Shown one piece after another: positions 35,124-45,562 of a stretch of DNA of 64,000 nt. The stretch is from a virus: the IMG/VR virus record IMGVR_UViG_3300032397_000003, positions 1 through 64,000 of that record; one strand, 5' to 3'. The notes below the pieces were generated by a model. That model did not search any database. It was not told the DNA's origin and saw only the letters and a program-made list of their open reading frames with translations. The position numbers were made by a program, and so were the translations under genes. Each line of letters begins with the position of its first letter. The first letter of the stretch is position 1.

Positions 35124-36161
35124 TTATTGAATAAAACATTCTGTTATACTCCATACATCATGCCCTTCCTCATCATCTATATCAATAGAATCACCTTCAT
35201 TATACTTTAAAGGTATAGAATCTTTAAAATATAATATTAAGCCAGCCTCATGTTCTTTACATCTAATTAAATTTTTAATTCTTTGCTTTAAAATATTATC
35301 TACAAAAATAAATATTCTTCTATCATAATCTTCATCCCATTCTATAATAGTACCTTTATATACAGAATAACCAAATTTATATACAGTATCCTTAGTTCTA
35401 TCCAAATATATTTTATAAGAAATATTTTTATAATAAATTTGATTAGATTGATAAGGATTATTATTAACAATAATTAAGTAAGAATTTACATCATAATCCC
35501 AAATCCATTTAAAATCTTCTTTAGTGTTTTCCTTAGTTTTATACTTATCCCTAAGAAATACTATATAACTATATTGTTTATCTGATTTAACTTGATTAGT
35601 TAAAATATCATTTATATCATTTATTTTTGGTTCTTTAACTTCTTTTTTTATATCATTAATTATATCAAATCCTTTTGTAATAGTTTTATAATCCACTAAA
35701 CTATTTTTATATAATAAATTCTTTTTATCTACTTCACTTCTATTTATATCTATGGTGGGACAATTAGGAAAAAGAAAATATTCACTATCTTTATATGAGT
35801 AAACCTCTGTTATTTTCCAACTATCTTTTTGAACAGATATATATTGATCTACTGTATATTTAGAGGGTATATTATCTTTAAATAATATCCTTATTTCACC
35901 TTTATTTTGAAAAATACAATATACATTAAAATGTATGGAACTGCTTAAAGAATTTGAGCATGCTAGTAACCTAGTATCGTAATCTTTATCCCATATAACA
36001 ATAATATTTCTATATCTATTAAAAGAAAATCCATAAGGATAATTATCATCAGATAATACTTCTACCTTCTCTTTCTTATAAATAACATAATTATCTTGTA
36101 TTTGATCTTGAGATTTTTCCTTCCAATTTTTAACCAATTGGTTATATTTTTCAATATTCAT
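35124..36161 (-). CDS. Hypothetical protein with internally duplicated domain
   Basis: WDKDYDTR..FKDNIPSKY..DSWKITE and WDEDYDRR..FKDSIPLKY..DVWSITE. Confidence 0.75.
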   Translation of the reverse strand: MNIEKYNQLVKNWKEKSQDQIQDNYVIYKKEKVEVLSDDNYPYGFSFNRYRNIIVIWDKDYDTRLLACSNSLSSSIHFNVYCIFQNKGEIRILFKDNIPSKYTVDQYISVQKDSWKITEVYSYKDSEYFLFPNCPTIDINRSEVDKKNLLYKNSLVDYKTITKGFDIINDIKKEVKEPKINDINDILTNQVKSDKQYSYIVFLRDKYKTKENTKEDFKWIWDYDVNSYLIIVNNNPYQSNQIYYKNISYKIYLDRTKDTVYKFGYSVYKGTIIEWDEDYDRRIFIFVDNILKQRIKNLIRCKEHEAGLILYFKDSIPLKYNEGDSIDIDDEEGHDVWSITECFIQ

Positions 36162-36260
36162 TTTTCCTCTCCTTTTGTTATAGTTATTTTATCTCTTCCT
36201 ATTTGGAAAATTTTATTTTTTTTAAAACTGTAATTTTTATGGTATTTTTTAGTAATTACT

Positions 36261-38126
36261 TTACCCAACATCAGTCATATATACCTCATCTATCCGTAAT
36301 TCATCGATATAATCATAAATTCTATTTAAAAATATCTGATATAATAAGTAATTGTTTTTTGTTATAGTATTCTTAATTAAATTAAGTAAGGTATTTAATA
36401 TAAAATAAGATACTTTATTCATAGATACAAGAATAGTATTATTTATATTCATAGTAAGATAAAATAATCTACAAGAATTATTTTGAGGTAATACTGAACT
36501 ATATTTCCATCCTCTATCACAATATATAAATTGTTTAAATACACTACTATATTTAAGAATATTATTTATAATACCAAATACATCTCTTTCTTTTAATTCA
36601 GGGTAATGGTCTTTAAGTCTATCTGCATATTTAATTGAATATTGCATACCTTTTAAATATTTTAAAGATTTCCCTTCATAAACTTCTTTTGGATTTATAC
36701 AATTATAATACATACTTCCTAACATTTCAAGAAATATAATAGATATATCTTTTTTATTTCTATCTGATATTTTTAAACCACTCTTAGAAATTATAGTATT
36801 TAATATTTGATTGTTTAAAACAGTTTCTTTTATGTTATTTGGAATAAGATATATATTAGATATAAATGCTATTTCCTTATACTCATTAGAATATCCATTA
36901 GGTATTTGTCTACATGTATTATACATATCGGTAACTATTGATAGTAATTCCGAGTCACTCCAATTAGCTAAATCTCTAGATCCATTTTTACAAACTTTTA
37001 TAGCGTTGAAAATTTCAAAAATAGACCATCCACTAAATTTTCCTGCTGATATAATATCACACATACCTTCATGTCTATACTCTGCTGTTAAGTCTATAAT
37101 TTTAGATTCATTCTTTAAATGTAGAGTTCTATCATTTAAAAATTGATTGTAATCAGTTCTTCTAGCAGAACCTTTACTTTTTCTTTTATATAAAGAACTG
37201 GCTATATTTTTTTTACCACCCTCTTTAATTATTGAAAGGTTTATAATATTATTTATTTCGGGGGGTGATTCTAATTTTGGAATTGATATAGAAGTTCTAT
37301 TCCTTCTAGCATAATCCCTTGCTTCGGTGGGAGTTAAAATTTCACCTGTTTCAGATATAGTTTCATATTGATAGGAATGAGGAAATCTCATTCTTACTGG
37401 TAATTCAAACTTTGTATTATTTTCTTTATTAAAATTATTCAACCAAGATTTTTTTTCTTCCCATGTATATATAGAATCTAATTTTATATATATATGATGT
37501 CCTCCTTCCGGACACACTTCTTCAAGAACAGGTTTACAATTATAATTTTTTAAGTAGTTCTTTAACTTAGTTACTACCTCATCTGTTTTTACAATATTTC
37601 CATCATGACAATCTATATCTAATACAAGCATATTAGAATTTTCTTTAATAGAGGAGCCAACTGTATTAGAGGCTTGTTTTAATGTTTTAACATATTCAGG
37701 AGAGGCAATATTATTTTTAACTCTAGGATTTTTTGTTTCTAAAGGATAGACATGAGAAAGAATATGGTCTTTAATCTCACACATTTTTCTTACTCTAAAT
37801 GATTTCTTTAAATATATATCATAAACATTTGTTTCATACCATCCAGCAGTAGTAGTAATCCAATTAAAAATTTTTAGGGGTTTAGTGGTTAAAGGATTAT
37901 TTTCTGATCCTATTGCTTTAAGATTTACATAACTTAAGATATATTCTTTTTCTAAATCATAACCTAAAAATTCAAAATGATCATAAAGATCATTTATTTC
38001 TTTTTGTTTAAAATGTTTATTCTTTAGTTTCCTTTTAAATTCATTATCTTTTATTTTATTGGATAAAAATTGATTAGGTCTTTTTTCATTAGTTTCTAAT
38101 GTTAAAGTTGAAAAGTCTTTTATCAT
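36261..38126 (-). CDS. Primase-polymerase (AEP)/Rep-like protein
   Basis: VLDIDCH (DxD), EGGHHIY (GxH), MRFP motifs; PriCT-like RHEGM...GWS helix region. Confidence 0.6.
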   Translation of the reverse strand: MIKDFSTLTLETNEKRPNQFLSNKIKDNEFKRKLKNKHFKQKEINDLYDHFEFLGYDLEKEYILSYVNLKAIGSENNPLTTKPLKIFNWITTTAGWYETNVYDIYLKKSFRVRKMCEIKDHILSHVYPLETKNPRVKNNIASPEYVKTLKQASNTVGSSIKENSNMLVLDIDCHDGNIVKTDEVVTKLKNYLKNYNCKPVLEEVCPEGGHHIYIKLDSIYTWEEKKSWLNNFNKENNTKFELPVRMRFPHSYQYETISETGEILTPTEARDYARRNRTSISIPKLESPPEINNIINLSIIKEGGKKNIASSLYKRKSKGSARRTDYNQFLNDRTLHLKNESKIIDLTAEYRHEGMCDIISAGKFSGWSIFEIFNAIKVCKNGSRDLANWSDSELLSIVTDMYNTCRQIPNGYSNEYKEIAFISNIYLIPNNIKETVLNNQILNTIISKSGLKISDRNKKDISIIFLEMLGSMYYNCINPKEVYEGKSLKYLKGMQYSIKYADRLKDHYPELKERDVFGIINNILKYSSVFKQFIYCDRGWKYSSVLPQNNSCRLFYLTMNINNTILVSMNKVSYFILNTLLNLIKNTITKNNYLLYQIFLNRIYDYIDELRIDEVYMTDVG

Positions 38127-38127
38127 A

Positions 38128-38472
38128 TTATTTTACACCACTAAAACAGTATAGAGCTTTTTTAAGTTTTAAGGTAATAGATTCTTTTACATCAGTTGGA
38201 CCTTGTACTAGGATGGTTCCTGTTTTATAGAAGTTAATATTTCCTTTTCTAAATACCAATTGAGTGAATTTATTATCCTCACTTATTCTCCATGTACCTA
38301 TTAACTTTTGTTCTAATATAAAAGGTTTTAAATCATCTATGTTTCCATAAAATAATAACTCTTGATCTTCTAAAGAGGGAGTTGGTATTCCTTCAAGCTC
38401 TAAAATTAAATCTGCGATTTCATTAAGATTCATTTTAGAAATTTTTAATATTATTTCTGTTTTTCTGTCCAT
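38128..38472 (-). CDS. Small protein with TBP-like (RNase HIII N-terminal/DUF3378-type) motif
   Basis: NINFYKTGTILVQG; stop 1 nt from prim-pol ATG. Confidence 0.5.
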   Translation of the reverse strand: MDRKTEIILKISKMNLNEIADLILELEGIPTPSLEDQELLFYGNIDDLKPFILEQKLIGTWRISEDNKFTQLVFRKGNINFYKTGTILVQGPTDVKESITLKLKKALYCFSGVK

Positions 38473-38474
38473 AA

Positions 38475-38696
38475 GAAAACCCTCCTGTTTTATTCAGAGG
38501 GCTTTCATTAAAAGCTTTATCTAATATAGTCTCATTGTTAAACTCATCAAGTAGCTCTGGAAGGAACTTGTTTTACTACAATGAAACTAAATATTCATTA
38601 AATTAGTAAGACTGTATAAATTATGCTTTCCAGAGCATTTTGCTACATGAATTTACAGAGAAATATTCCTCTGAGTATTGTTATTATTTATTAGTA
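38475..38696 (-). promoter_or_regulatory. Structured leader with two class A promoters and an RBS-sequestering hairpin
   Basis: TACTAATA 38689-38696; TACTAATT 38601-38608; several inverted repeats; AGGAGG lies in a stem at 38475-38506. Confidence 0.6.
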
Positions 38697-38716
38697 AGAA
38701 AATTTTTAATAATATT

Positions 38717-38992
38717 TTAAATTTTTTGTTTTAAATCTTCTATAATTTCTGCTTTTAACATTCCATCTACATTTCTATAAATTTCTATACCTTTTAGAAT
38801 ATAGTATGATATATCTGGATTATTAAAACATAGTTCGATTACATCTTTTTTAGCATAATCATAATTAAGATATATTTTTTTATTTGCTCTCCAATTTTTT
38901 TTAATTGTATCTCCAATATGAATAGTCCAAAATTCTCTAGCCCCTATCTTAGAACTTTTAAGAGCAAGTGGATCACTATGCAATTCCTTCAT
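38717..38992 (-). CDS. Hypothetical protein
   Basis: 91 aa; AAGGA RBS; TACTAATA at 39007-39014. Confidence 0.65.
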   Translation of the reverse strand: MKELHSDPLALKSSKIGAREFWTIHIGDTIKKNWRANKKIYLNYDYAKKDVIELCFNNPDISYYILKGIEIYRNVDGMLKAEIIEDLKQKI

Positions 38993-39022
38993 ATAATATC
39001 CTTATTTATTAGTATAGACTAT

Positions 39023-39056
39023 AAAAAGTGAAATGTATTTTTTATGTACATTTCAC
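39023..39056 (-). terminator. Intrinsic terminator
   Basis: GTGAAATGTA/TACATTTCAC stem followed by T5 on the minus strand. Confidence 0.65.
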
Positions 39057-39094
39057 CTTATTTAATTATTATTTCATAACTTTTTTATAAAAAT

Positions 39095-39427
39095 TTAAAT
39101 TTTTTCCTCTTTTTTATAATTAAATACAAGTTTATCAGCAGGAATAATACCTTTAAGCATTATCATCATCTGATTCTCAGGTAGGTCCTCTCTTTCTGTT
39201 CTTAATACAGATTCTTCTTTATTAAGAATAAATCCAAACAATAGACATAATCTAAAAGCATTGATTTTATCATTTATAGGTAGATTCAATTCAGTAAAGA
39301 AATTATCTAAATCCCGATAATACAAAAAGTTCATGAATTTTTTAGTTTCTTCTTGTATAGCTTGCATCTGTAAATTAGCTTCTTTTTCTGTTGATACTTG
39401 TAGACGATTTCTTTGTTTTCTTTTCAA
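39095..39427 (-). CDS. Hypothetical protein
   Basis: TTG start after AAGGAG. Confidence 0.6.
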   Translation of the reverse strand: MKRKQRNRLQVSTEKEANLQMQAIQEETKKFMNFLYYRDLDNFFTELNLPINDKINAFRLCLLFGFILNKEESVLRTEREDLPENQMMIMLKGIIPADKLVFNYKKEEKI

Positions 39428-39615
39428 AGTTAAAACTCCTTTATTTAATAATTATCTATTCTATTAGATTATAAATTAGTAATCTATTTAATTTGCCCTT
39501 TGACATTAGTATTGAAATTTGAGAATAAATAGAATACACATTTTCATTTCTAATTGTTTTATATTTGACTATTCTCATTTATTCACTCCTTATCTAAATT
39601 TCTATTCCTTGTAAT

Positions 39616-39687
39616 TATAATATATAGAAATATTTATTAAAATTAAAATTTATTTTTTAATTTATTCATTATTTTCTATATATTATT
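39616..39687. promoter_or_regulatory. Back-to-back class B promoters at the main strand switch (- 39616-39647; + 39656-39687)
   Basis: Two oppositely oriented copies of TTTAATTTW-N9-TTCTATATATTAT. Confidence 0.78.
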
Positions 39688-39719
39688 AGAGAAGGGAAAT
39701 TAAAATAGGAGAAAATAGT

Positions 39720-39902
39720 ATGGAACTATTAGAATTACACCAATATGTAAATAAGTTAAAAGAAGGATCATTTGAAGGTTGGTCAGAAGATGAAAGGCTT
39801 GCATATCTGACAGCTTGTATTTCTATTGAAAGGAAGATTGAAGAATTAACCAAGGAAAGTAGTATTAAATTTTTAAAAGAAATGATAAAAGAGGAGAAAT
39901 AA
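39720..39902 (+). CDS. Small hypothetical protein
   Basis: AGGAG RBS; first gene after class B promoter. Confidence 0.7.
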   Translation: MELLELHQYVNKLKEGSFEGWSEDERLAYLTACISIERKIEELTKESSIKFLKEMIKEEK

Positions 39903-39903
39903 A

Positions 39904-40158
39904 ATGGATAATTTAGAGGATCGTTTTATAAAAGAAACTGGACAAGATGTATTTATATCAAATTCCTATAATGAAGATTATTATAGTGCTAATTATGTTG
40001 AATGGTTAGAAAATTTAAACGATAACGATACTGATAATGTCTTTATTCAAGAAGTCTATAAAGCACTAGGATGGCAAGGTGGTACTATTCATCAAGTAGT
40101 TAAAGAAATTGAAAGATTAAAGAGTTGTGAAAGTAGTTATAAAGCAATATCAAGATAA
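39904..40158 (+). CDS. Small hypothetical protein
   Basis: GAGGAG RBS. Confidence 0.7.
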   Translation: MDNLEDRFIKETGQDVFISNSYNEDYYSANYVEWLENLNDNDTDNVFIQEVYKALGWQGGTIHQVVKEIERLKSCESSYKAISR

Positions 40159-40169
40159 GGAGAATTAAA

Positions 40170-40589
40170 ATGAGTGATAAATATTTTAAAGATAAAGCAG
40201 AAGAGTGTTTTAATGAAATTTTAGGTAACTTTAATGATAAAGGTAGTAAATTATATACTTCAGAAATAGAACATATAATTTACATGGCTTTAAAAGAAGT
40301 AGCAAGAGATCAAAGATATGCTTGTATAGAAGAGATAACTATAAATTGTATAAGTAATAATTTACCAGAAAATTTTCAATATCGTAAAGTTAAAGGTTTA
40401 TTACATAATGCTGAAATAAAAGATAAGGAAATTAACACTGTCTCAGAACTTCATAAATGTATTGGTTGTGGTAAAACTGGAGAAGATGTTACATTTGGAC
40501 CTGATCCATATAGTGAGGATGTAAATGGGGATAGTACTACTGTTTGGGAGTGTACTAATTGTAGAAATATAAGTGCTAGTGATATATAA
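40170..40589 (+). CDS. Hypothetical protein with C-terminal CxxC...CxxC
   Basis: CIGC...DPYSEDV...CTNC. Confidence 0.7.
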   Translation: MSDKYFKDKAEECFNEILGNFNDKGSKLYTSEIEHIIYMALKEVARDQRYACIEEITINCISNNLPENFQYRKVKGLLHNAEIKDKEINTVSELHKCIGCGKTGEDVTFGPDPYSEDVNGDSTTVWECTNCRNISASDI

Positions 40590-40598
40590 GGAGAAAGT

Positions 40599-40895
40599 AT
40601 GAAAAGAAATTATTGGCCACTATTTATATTGTTCACAATCATTGGGTCTGTAGCAATATATTATATGCTTAAAAGTCCTGAATTACAAATATTAGGATTT
40701 AATATGTTTTTCTCTTGGTTTTTAGTTAATGCCTTTGGAGGAATATACTTTAGTAGTCTACCTAGAGATGAAAATTCTATTATCTCATATTATTATGTGA
40801 CCAAATGTATTTATTGTGATAGTGTTATTATAGATTCAAATATCTGCACTGGTTGTGGAAGTGAAATTTTTTATGAAGAGAGTTACAAATGTTAA
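40599..40895 (+). CDS. Membrane protein with C-terminal zinc ribbon
   Basis: Two TM helices; CIYC...CTGC. Confidence 0.65.
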   Translation: MKRNYWPLFILFTIIGSVAIYYMLKSPELQILGFNMFFSWFLVNAFGGIYFSSLPRDENSIISYYYVTKCIYCDSVIIDSNICTGCGSEIFYEESYKC

Positions 40896-43015
40896 CAGAA
40901 GAGCAGAAGTTAATAGTACAAAACGATGATCAACATATCCTTTGTGTAGCCAATGCGGGAACTGGAAAGACATTTACGGTAATAGAAAAGTTAGATCACC
41001 TTATAAATAAACAAAATATCCTTCCTGAGAGAATATTACTCACTTCTTTTTCAAGAGTTGCAAGTAATGAACTATATGAGAAAGCTTTAAAGAAAGTAGG
41101 TATACAGAAAGCAGATAAGATTATGATTGGAACACTTCATGCAATTTGTTATAAAGTAGTTTTAGAGAATTTGGATAAATGTAATCTTAAAGCTATAAAT
41201 ATAGTTAATGAAAGTTATCTTTCAGCTATTGCTTTTAATAAACACCCTGATATCTTTAAAGCTAGAAAGGAAGCTGTAAAAGTCACTTCCATGTATAGAA
41301 GAGAGCTATTATTAGGAAAAGAACAAAGACCAGACAGAATGGGATTAGCTGAGTTTAATGCTATTAAAGAAGCTCAAACAATTATGGAAGCGGATAATAA
41401 AATATTGTTTGATGATTTAATGATTAAGACAGTGCAATTATTTAATAAGTATCCTGAGATAAATAAAACATGGACTGATAAGTTTGATATAATAATATGT
41501 GATGAGGTACAGGATACAAATTTAATTCAATGGACTATAATTGATTTACTTAGAACATTTGAAACAAGAACAATGATGGTTGGAGATGCAAAGCAAAACA
41601 TATATGCCTTTAGGGGATGTCAGCATGGATATATGACACAACATAGGACTAGAAATAATTCAAAAGTATTTACTCTATCTGAAACATTTAGATTTGGACA
41701 AAACTTTGCTAATCTTTCAAATAGAATTATTGAGAATTTAGAATTAGATTCTATTTATAAAAAAGAAACAGTTACAAATGTTGATTGTACAAATGAACCT
41801 GAGTTTCATGCTTTATCCACTGAGAGTCAAGTTCAATTTATATTTGAAGATATAGTAAAGAAACAAGCAAGTGGTATATCTTATAAAGATTTTAATATTG
41901 TTTATCGCTACAATAAAGAATCACTTCCTTTTATGAAGAAGTTTATAGAAGAAAGAATTCCTTTTGAAACTAAGTCAGGGGATATATTTGAAAGAGCGGA
42001 ATTAAAATTTGTACTTAGAAGTTATGGACTTCTTGTAGATTTTAGAATATCAGATTGTATAGAACTTTTTGGAATGTTTCCTAATTTTATAGGTGACAAA
42101 ACTTTGACAAAAGTTTATAATGATTGTCCTACAAAAGGTTCAGTAATTGAACTACTAGACTTTGCAGTAAGATTTGATATTGAAGGAGTTGGATTTAAAA
42201 AGAAACAATCATTATCAGAAATGAAAGCAAGATTTAATGCTCTTAATAGATATATACATTCTGAAGTAAAAGATAGACCACAGTTTATTGATATAGCAAA
42301 TATTATGAATATGGATGAGACTAAGTTTATGTTGAAAGAGTCTGAGGAGAATGAAAATCCATCAGAAGATAGATATGCTTTTTTAGATTTTTTTCAAGAA
42401 AATTATAATAAATCAGAATGTAAAAATCCTCTTGATTGGTTTACTGAAGTTTCTTTAAATGGGCACAAAGTAAAAGAAAAGGTTAATGATAAAGTTCAAC
42501 TTAAAACTATTCATGGATGTAAAGGACAGTCATTACCAATTGTTTATCTTGTAGCTAATAGAATTTGTGATCCTATGTTTATCAATAATGAAGAGGATAT
42601 TGAAAATGAAAAGTATGTTCTTTACGTTTCGACATCTAGATCGGAGAAATACTTAGGAATATTTATCTCTAATCCAAAACAATTTAGATTTAATTTTATA
42701 TTTCCAGAAAATTGGGTTAAAAAGTATCTTCAAAATGAAGATGATAAGATTGAAAATGTAAATGGTTTTAATATTGCAGAATCTATTCTAAATACATTAA
42801 AAAATAATTATAAGATTAAGAAAAAAAGTTATAAGTCTGTAATAAATGAAAAATGTATTCCGGTAAGTAATACAGAAAGAGCAATTCAATTTTCACAAAA
42901 AGGTGAAAATATATGGCTTCCGATTAGTTTACTTGGATATGATGATAATAGATTTTTTCTTGAAGATTGGGTTATAACTAAAAATAAATATGGAAAGTAT
43001 GTTGAAAAATACTAA
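40889..43015 (+). CDS. UvrD/PcrA-family SF1 DNA helicase
   Basis: ANAGTGKT, GTLHA, DEVQD, VGDAKQNIYAFRG, TIHGCKG, YVSTSR motifs. Confidence 0.93.
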   Translation: MLTEEQKLIVQNDDQHILCVANAGTGKTFTVIEKLDHLINKQNILPERILLTSFSRVASNELYEKALKKVGIQKADKIMIGTLHAICYKVVLENLDKCNLKAINIVNESYLSAIAFNKHPDIFKARKEAVKVTSMYRRELLLGKEQRPDRMGLAEFNAIKEAQTIMEADNKILFDDLMIKTVQLFNKYPEINKTWTDKFDIIICDEVQDTNLIQWTIIDLLRTFETRTMMVGDAKQNIYAFRGCQHGYMTQHRTRNNSKVFTLSETFRFGQNFANLSNRIIENLELDSIYKKETVTNVDCTNEPEFHALSTESQVQFIFEDIVKKQASGISYKDFNIVYRYNKESLPFMKKFIEERIPFETKSGDIFERAELKFVLRSYGLLVDFRISDCIELFGMFPNFIGDKTLTKVYNDCPTKGSVIELLDFAVRFDIEGVGFKKKQSLSEMKARFNALNRYIHSEVKDRPQFIDIANIMNMDETKFMLKESEENENPSEDRYAFLDFFQENYNKSECKNPLDWFTEVSLNGHKVKEKVNDKVQLKTIHGCKGQSLPIVYLVANRICDPMFINNEEDIENEKYVLYVSTSRSEKYLGIFISNPKQFRFNFIFPENWVKKYLQNEDDKIENVNGFNIAESILNTLKNNYKIKKKSYKSVINEKCIPVSNTERAIQFSQKGENIWLPISLLGYDDNRFFLEDWVITKNKYGKYVEKY

Positions 43016-43179
43016 TAAATAGTTGATTTTTATATACATTATAAGTTAATGGGGGGGGGTATGGTATGTAACCGTGAAAGGTTATGAGAAAAATCAGTCT
43101 ATACTAATTAAAAAGTTACAAGGGTAACAAACAAAAATTTAAGTCACTTATATGTGGCAAACAAAGGAAGAGGTATCAA

Positions 43180-44709
43180 ATGTCAACAGAGAATCAATCA
43201 CCAGCAGTAGATGTATTTGCACAAGCTCTCGCAAAAAGAAATCAACAAAAAACAGAACAGGAAGAAGCTAAAAACAATCAAGGGTCTTATGAGTATGAAC
43301 AAGTGGAAACAGTTGGTCTAGTCAGAGATAAAGAGATTGTTGGTAGAATTATGGGTGCTCCTGTAGAAGTAAGAACATTACCTACAGACTGTAAACTTAT
43401 TCTTCAATCAAGTATAGTAAAAGCTGATAAAAAAGGTTATGTTAAAATTACTTGGCCTATGATTGAGAAAAAAGGAAAAAATGTACCTGATCCAGAATGG
43501 ATTGTATCAAAACTTTATGATACAGTATTTAAAAAGAAATGGGTAAAGTTCTCAGAAGGTATTCTAAAAGATGCTGATGGAAAAGTTTATCCTGCTGATC
43601 ATAAAACAGCAAGACAGAAAGATGGCATGTATGTTTATGATCATGCTCGTACAAAGATTTACGAAGAAATGGATGGCAATACAAAAGTAGGTGATCTTTA
43701 TCCTCCTAAGTTTGCCCCAGGTCAAAGAGTAATTTGTAATTGGATTGATAGACATGATTCATGGTGTAAAGATAACAAACATTCAAAGGTACTTACAGCA
43801 TCAAAGAAACCTTATGAGAAAATAGCAACAGATGGGACTAAAACAACTATCTATTTTTCTGATACAGGAATTCCTGGTGGATTGTATGATAAGATTTTTG
43901 AATACTCTCAAGCTGTTGGAACTATGGATAATGATCTTGTAATTACAAAGATTGAAAAAGATTATAAAGTATTTGATAGTACAGATACAAAGTTTATTAC
44001 TCCTGAATCAGCAAAACTTGGAGTAAAGACAAAAATATCAGAGGAAGAAAAATCTTATGCTCTTTATGATCTTGATAAATTGTATGCAGTATCTTCTTAT
44101 TCAAAGATTAAAAAACATCTATCACCTTTATTTAAACTTTGTGATGCAGAACTCAATACAAATTTCATGACTGAGCTTGAAGAACTTTGTAAAATAGAAG
44201 AAGCAGAAAGAAAAGCTAAAAAAGATGAAGTAAGTGTTTATTATATCAATCCTGAATCAGGGGCTTATGGTATTACTACAACTGAAGATTTACATGAGTT
44301 AATAGAATCAGATGAAAATGTAATGGAAGTAACAAAAGAACAGCATGACCAATTTGTTGCTCAAGAGTCCAAACTAAATCCTGAAGTTGCTACAACTCAA
44401 CTAGTTGATGCTACTCCAGAAGAACCTAAAGTACAAACAGCTTCAAGAAGAGGGGCTTCAGTAGAAACTTCTAAAGTAACTGAAGATCAGTGTAAAGCTA
44501 ATTTTCCAAATTGGGAAAAACTTTCAGATGAAGACAAAAAATTTATGTTTGAATTTATTGTTAAGTTTGATGGTAATGTTCCTGTATATAAGGACAATAC
44601 TCCACTTGGTTGTGCTGATGAGACATGTGTATTTCCAGGAACTGATAGAATGACTATTGTACCCGTGGAAGTTCATACTTGTCCAGTATGTGGAAGATTT
44701 TTAGAGTAG
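43180..44709 (+). CDS. Hypothetical protein, possible ssDNA-binding protein with C-terminal Zn ribbon
   Basis: Own class A promoter (43102-43109) and terminator; acidic linker; CPVC; replication context. Confidence 0.4.
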   Translation: MSTENQSPAVDVFAQALAKRNQQKTEQEEAKNNQGSYEYEQVETVGLVRDKEIVGRIMGAPVEVRTLPTDCKLILQSSIVKADKKGYVKITWPMIEKKGKNVPDPEWIVSKLYDTVFKKKWVKFSEGILKDADGKVYPADHKTARQKDGMYVYDHARTKIYEEMDGNTKVGDLYPPKFAPGQRVICNWIDRHDSWCKDNKHSKVLTASKKPYEKIATDGTKTTIYFSDTGIPGGLYDKIFEYSQAVGTMDNDLVITKIEKDYKVFDSTDTKFITPESAKLGVKTKISEEEKSYALYDLDKLYAVSSYSKIKKHLSPLFKLCDAELNTNFMTELEELCKIEEAERKAKKDEVSVYYINPESGAYGITTTEDLHELIESDENVMEVTKEQHDQFVAQESKLNPEVATTQLVDATPEEPKVQTASRRGASVETSKVTEDQCKANFPNWEKLSDEDKKFMFEFIVKFDGNVPVYKDNTPLGCADETCVFPGTDRMTIVPVEVHTCPVCGRFLE

Positions 44710-44729
44710 ATTAAATTTTGTTTTATATC

Positions 44730-44764
44730 AAAATATCTATCTTGAAATATAGATAGATATTTTT
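44730..44764 (+). terminator. Intrinsic terminator
   Basis: AAAATATCTATCT/AGATAGATATTTT stem after stop 44709. Confidence 0.7.
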
Positions 44765-44793
44765 AATAAAGCAGAATTTTTCTATATATTATA
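44762..44793 (+). promoter_or_regulatory. Class B promoter motif
   Basis: TTTAATAAA-N9-TTCTATATATTATA. Confidence 0.7.
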
Positions 44794-44998
44794 AAAATAA
44801 GGAGCTACTTATCTTTATAATTTAGGGGTTAAAAAATGATATTAAAAACATGCCAAGAATGGCAAGAAGAATCAGATGTAATAGTTTATGATCCAGATGG
44901 ATGGGATAAAAAGAATTATGACTATTCATGGTTTGAAGAGAAGATATCTTTAGTAGAATTTGAAAAGAGATTTATTAAAAGTATATGTAAGAGGAAGA

Positions 44999-45562
44999 AT
45001 GACAGAACTATATAAACTCAAAATACTAACTGAAGATGAATTTATAGAAAAATGTAGATCAGGTAAGTGTCTTAGACAAACCATCAAATCAAAACAATGT
45101 GAGAAAGAAACAAAACAAATTCAATGTTATAAAAAATATGTTTTAAAAAAAGAAAAAGATTGGAAGAAAGACCATGAAGAGAAGGATTATGAATGGGAGT
45201 CTCTCAAAGAAACTATAAAATTAAGGGACATGAGTTGTTTATTTGTAAAAATAGCTACTGTTCAAGAATTGAGTATCTTGGAGAAAAAAGAAGGGTGGTG
45301 GCTTCAAAAATTTATAGACGGGGCACATTTGATTTCCCGTGCAGAAGCCCCATCTCAAATTTACAATGTTAATAATGTTATTTTATTAAATAGATATATA
45401 CATTCTTGTTTAGATCAATTTATAAACCCTTTAACAGGGGAGTCTATGGGTATAGAAGGGAAAGCACAATGGATTACAAGAATAATGCAAGAAAATAAAT
45501 TATGGGATTCAAATTATGATTATTGGAATTTTAGACAAGATTTGCTTGGTATTACTAATTAA
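44999..45562 (+). CDS. Degenerate HNH/NinG-like nuclease-fold protein (start reassigned to MTELYK)
   Basis: DGAHLISR...YNVNNVILLNRYIH...D; GAGGA RBS. Confidence 0.5.
   Translation: MTELYKLKILTEDEFIEKCRSGKCLRQTIKSKQCEKETKQIQCYKKYVLKKEKDWKKDHEEKDYEWESLKETIKLRDMSCLFVKIATVQELSILEKKEGWWLQKFIDGAHLISRAEAPSQIYNVNNVILLNRYIHSCLDQFINPLTGESMGIEGKAQWITRIMQENKLWDSNYDYWNFRQDLLGITN

Noticed and set aside
43045-43090. tRNA-like element
   Set aside because: Only one short hairpin; no cloverleaf, T-loop or CCA. No tRNA or rRNA was recognised anywhere in the window.
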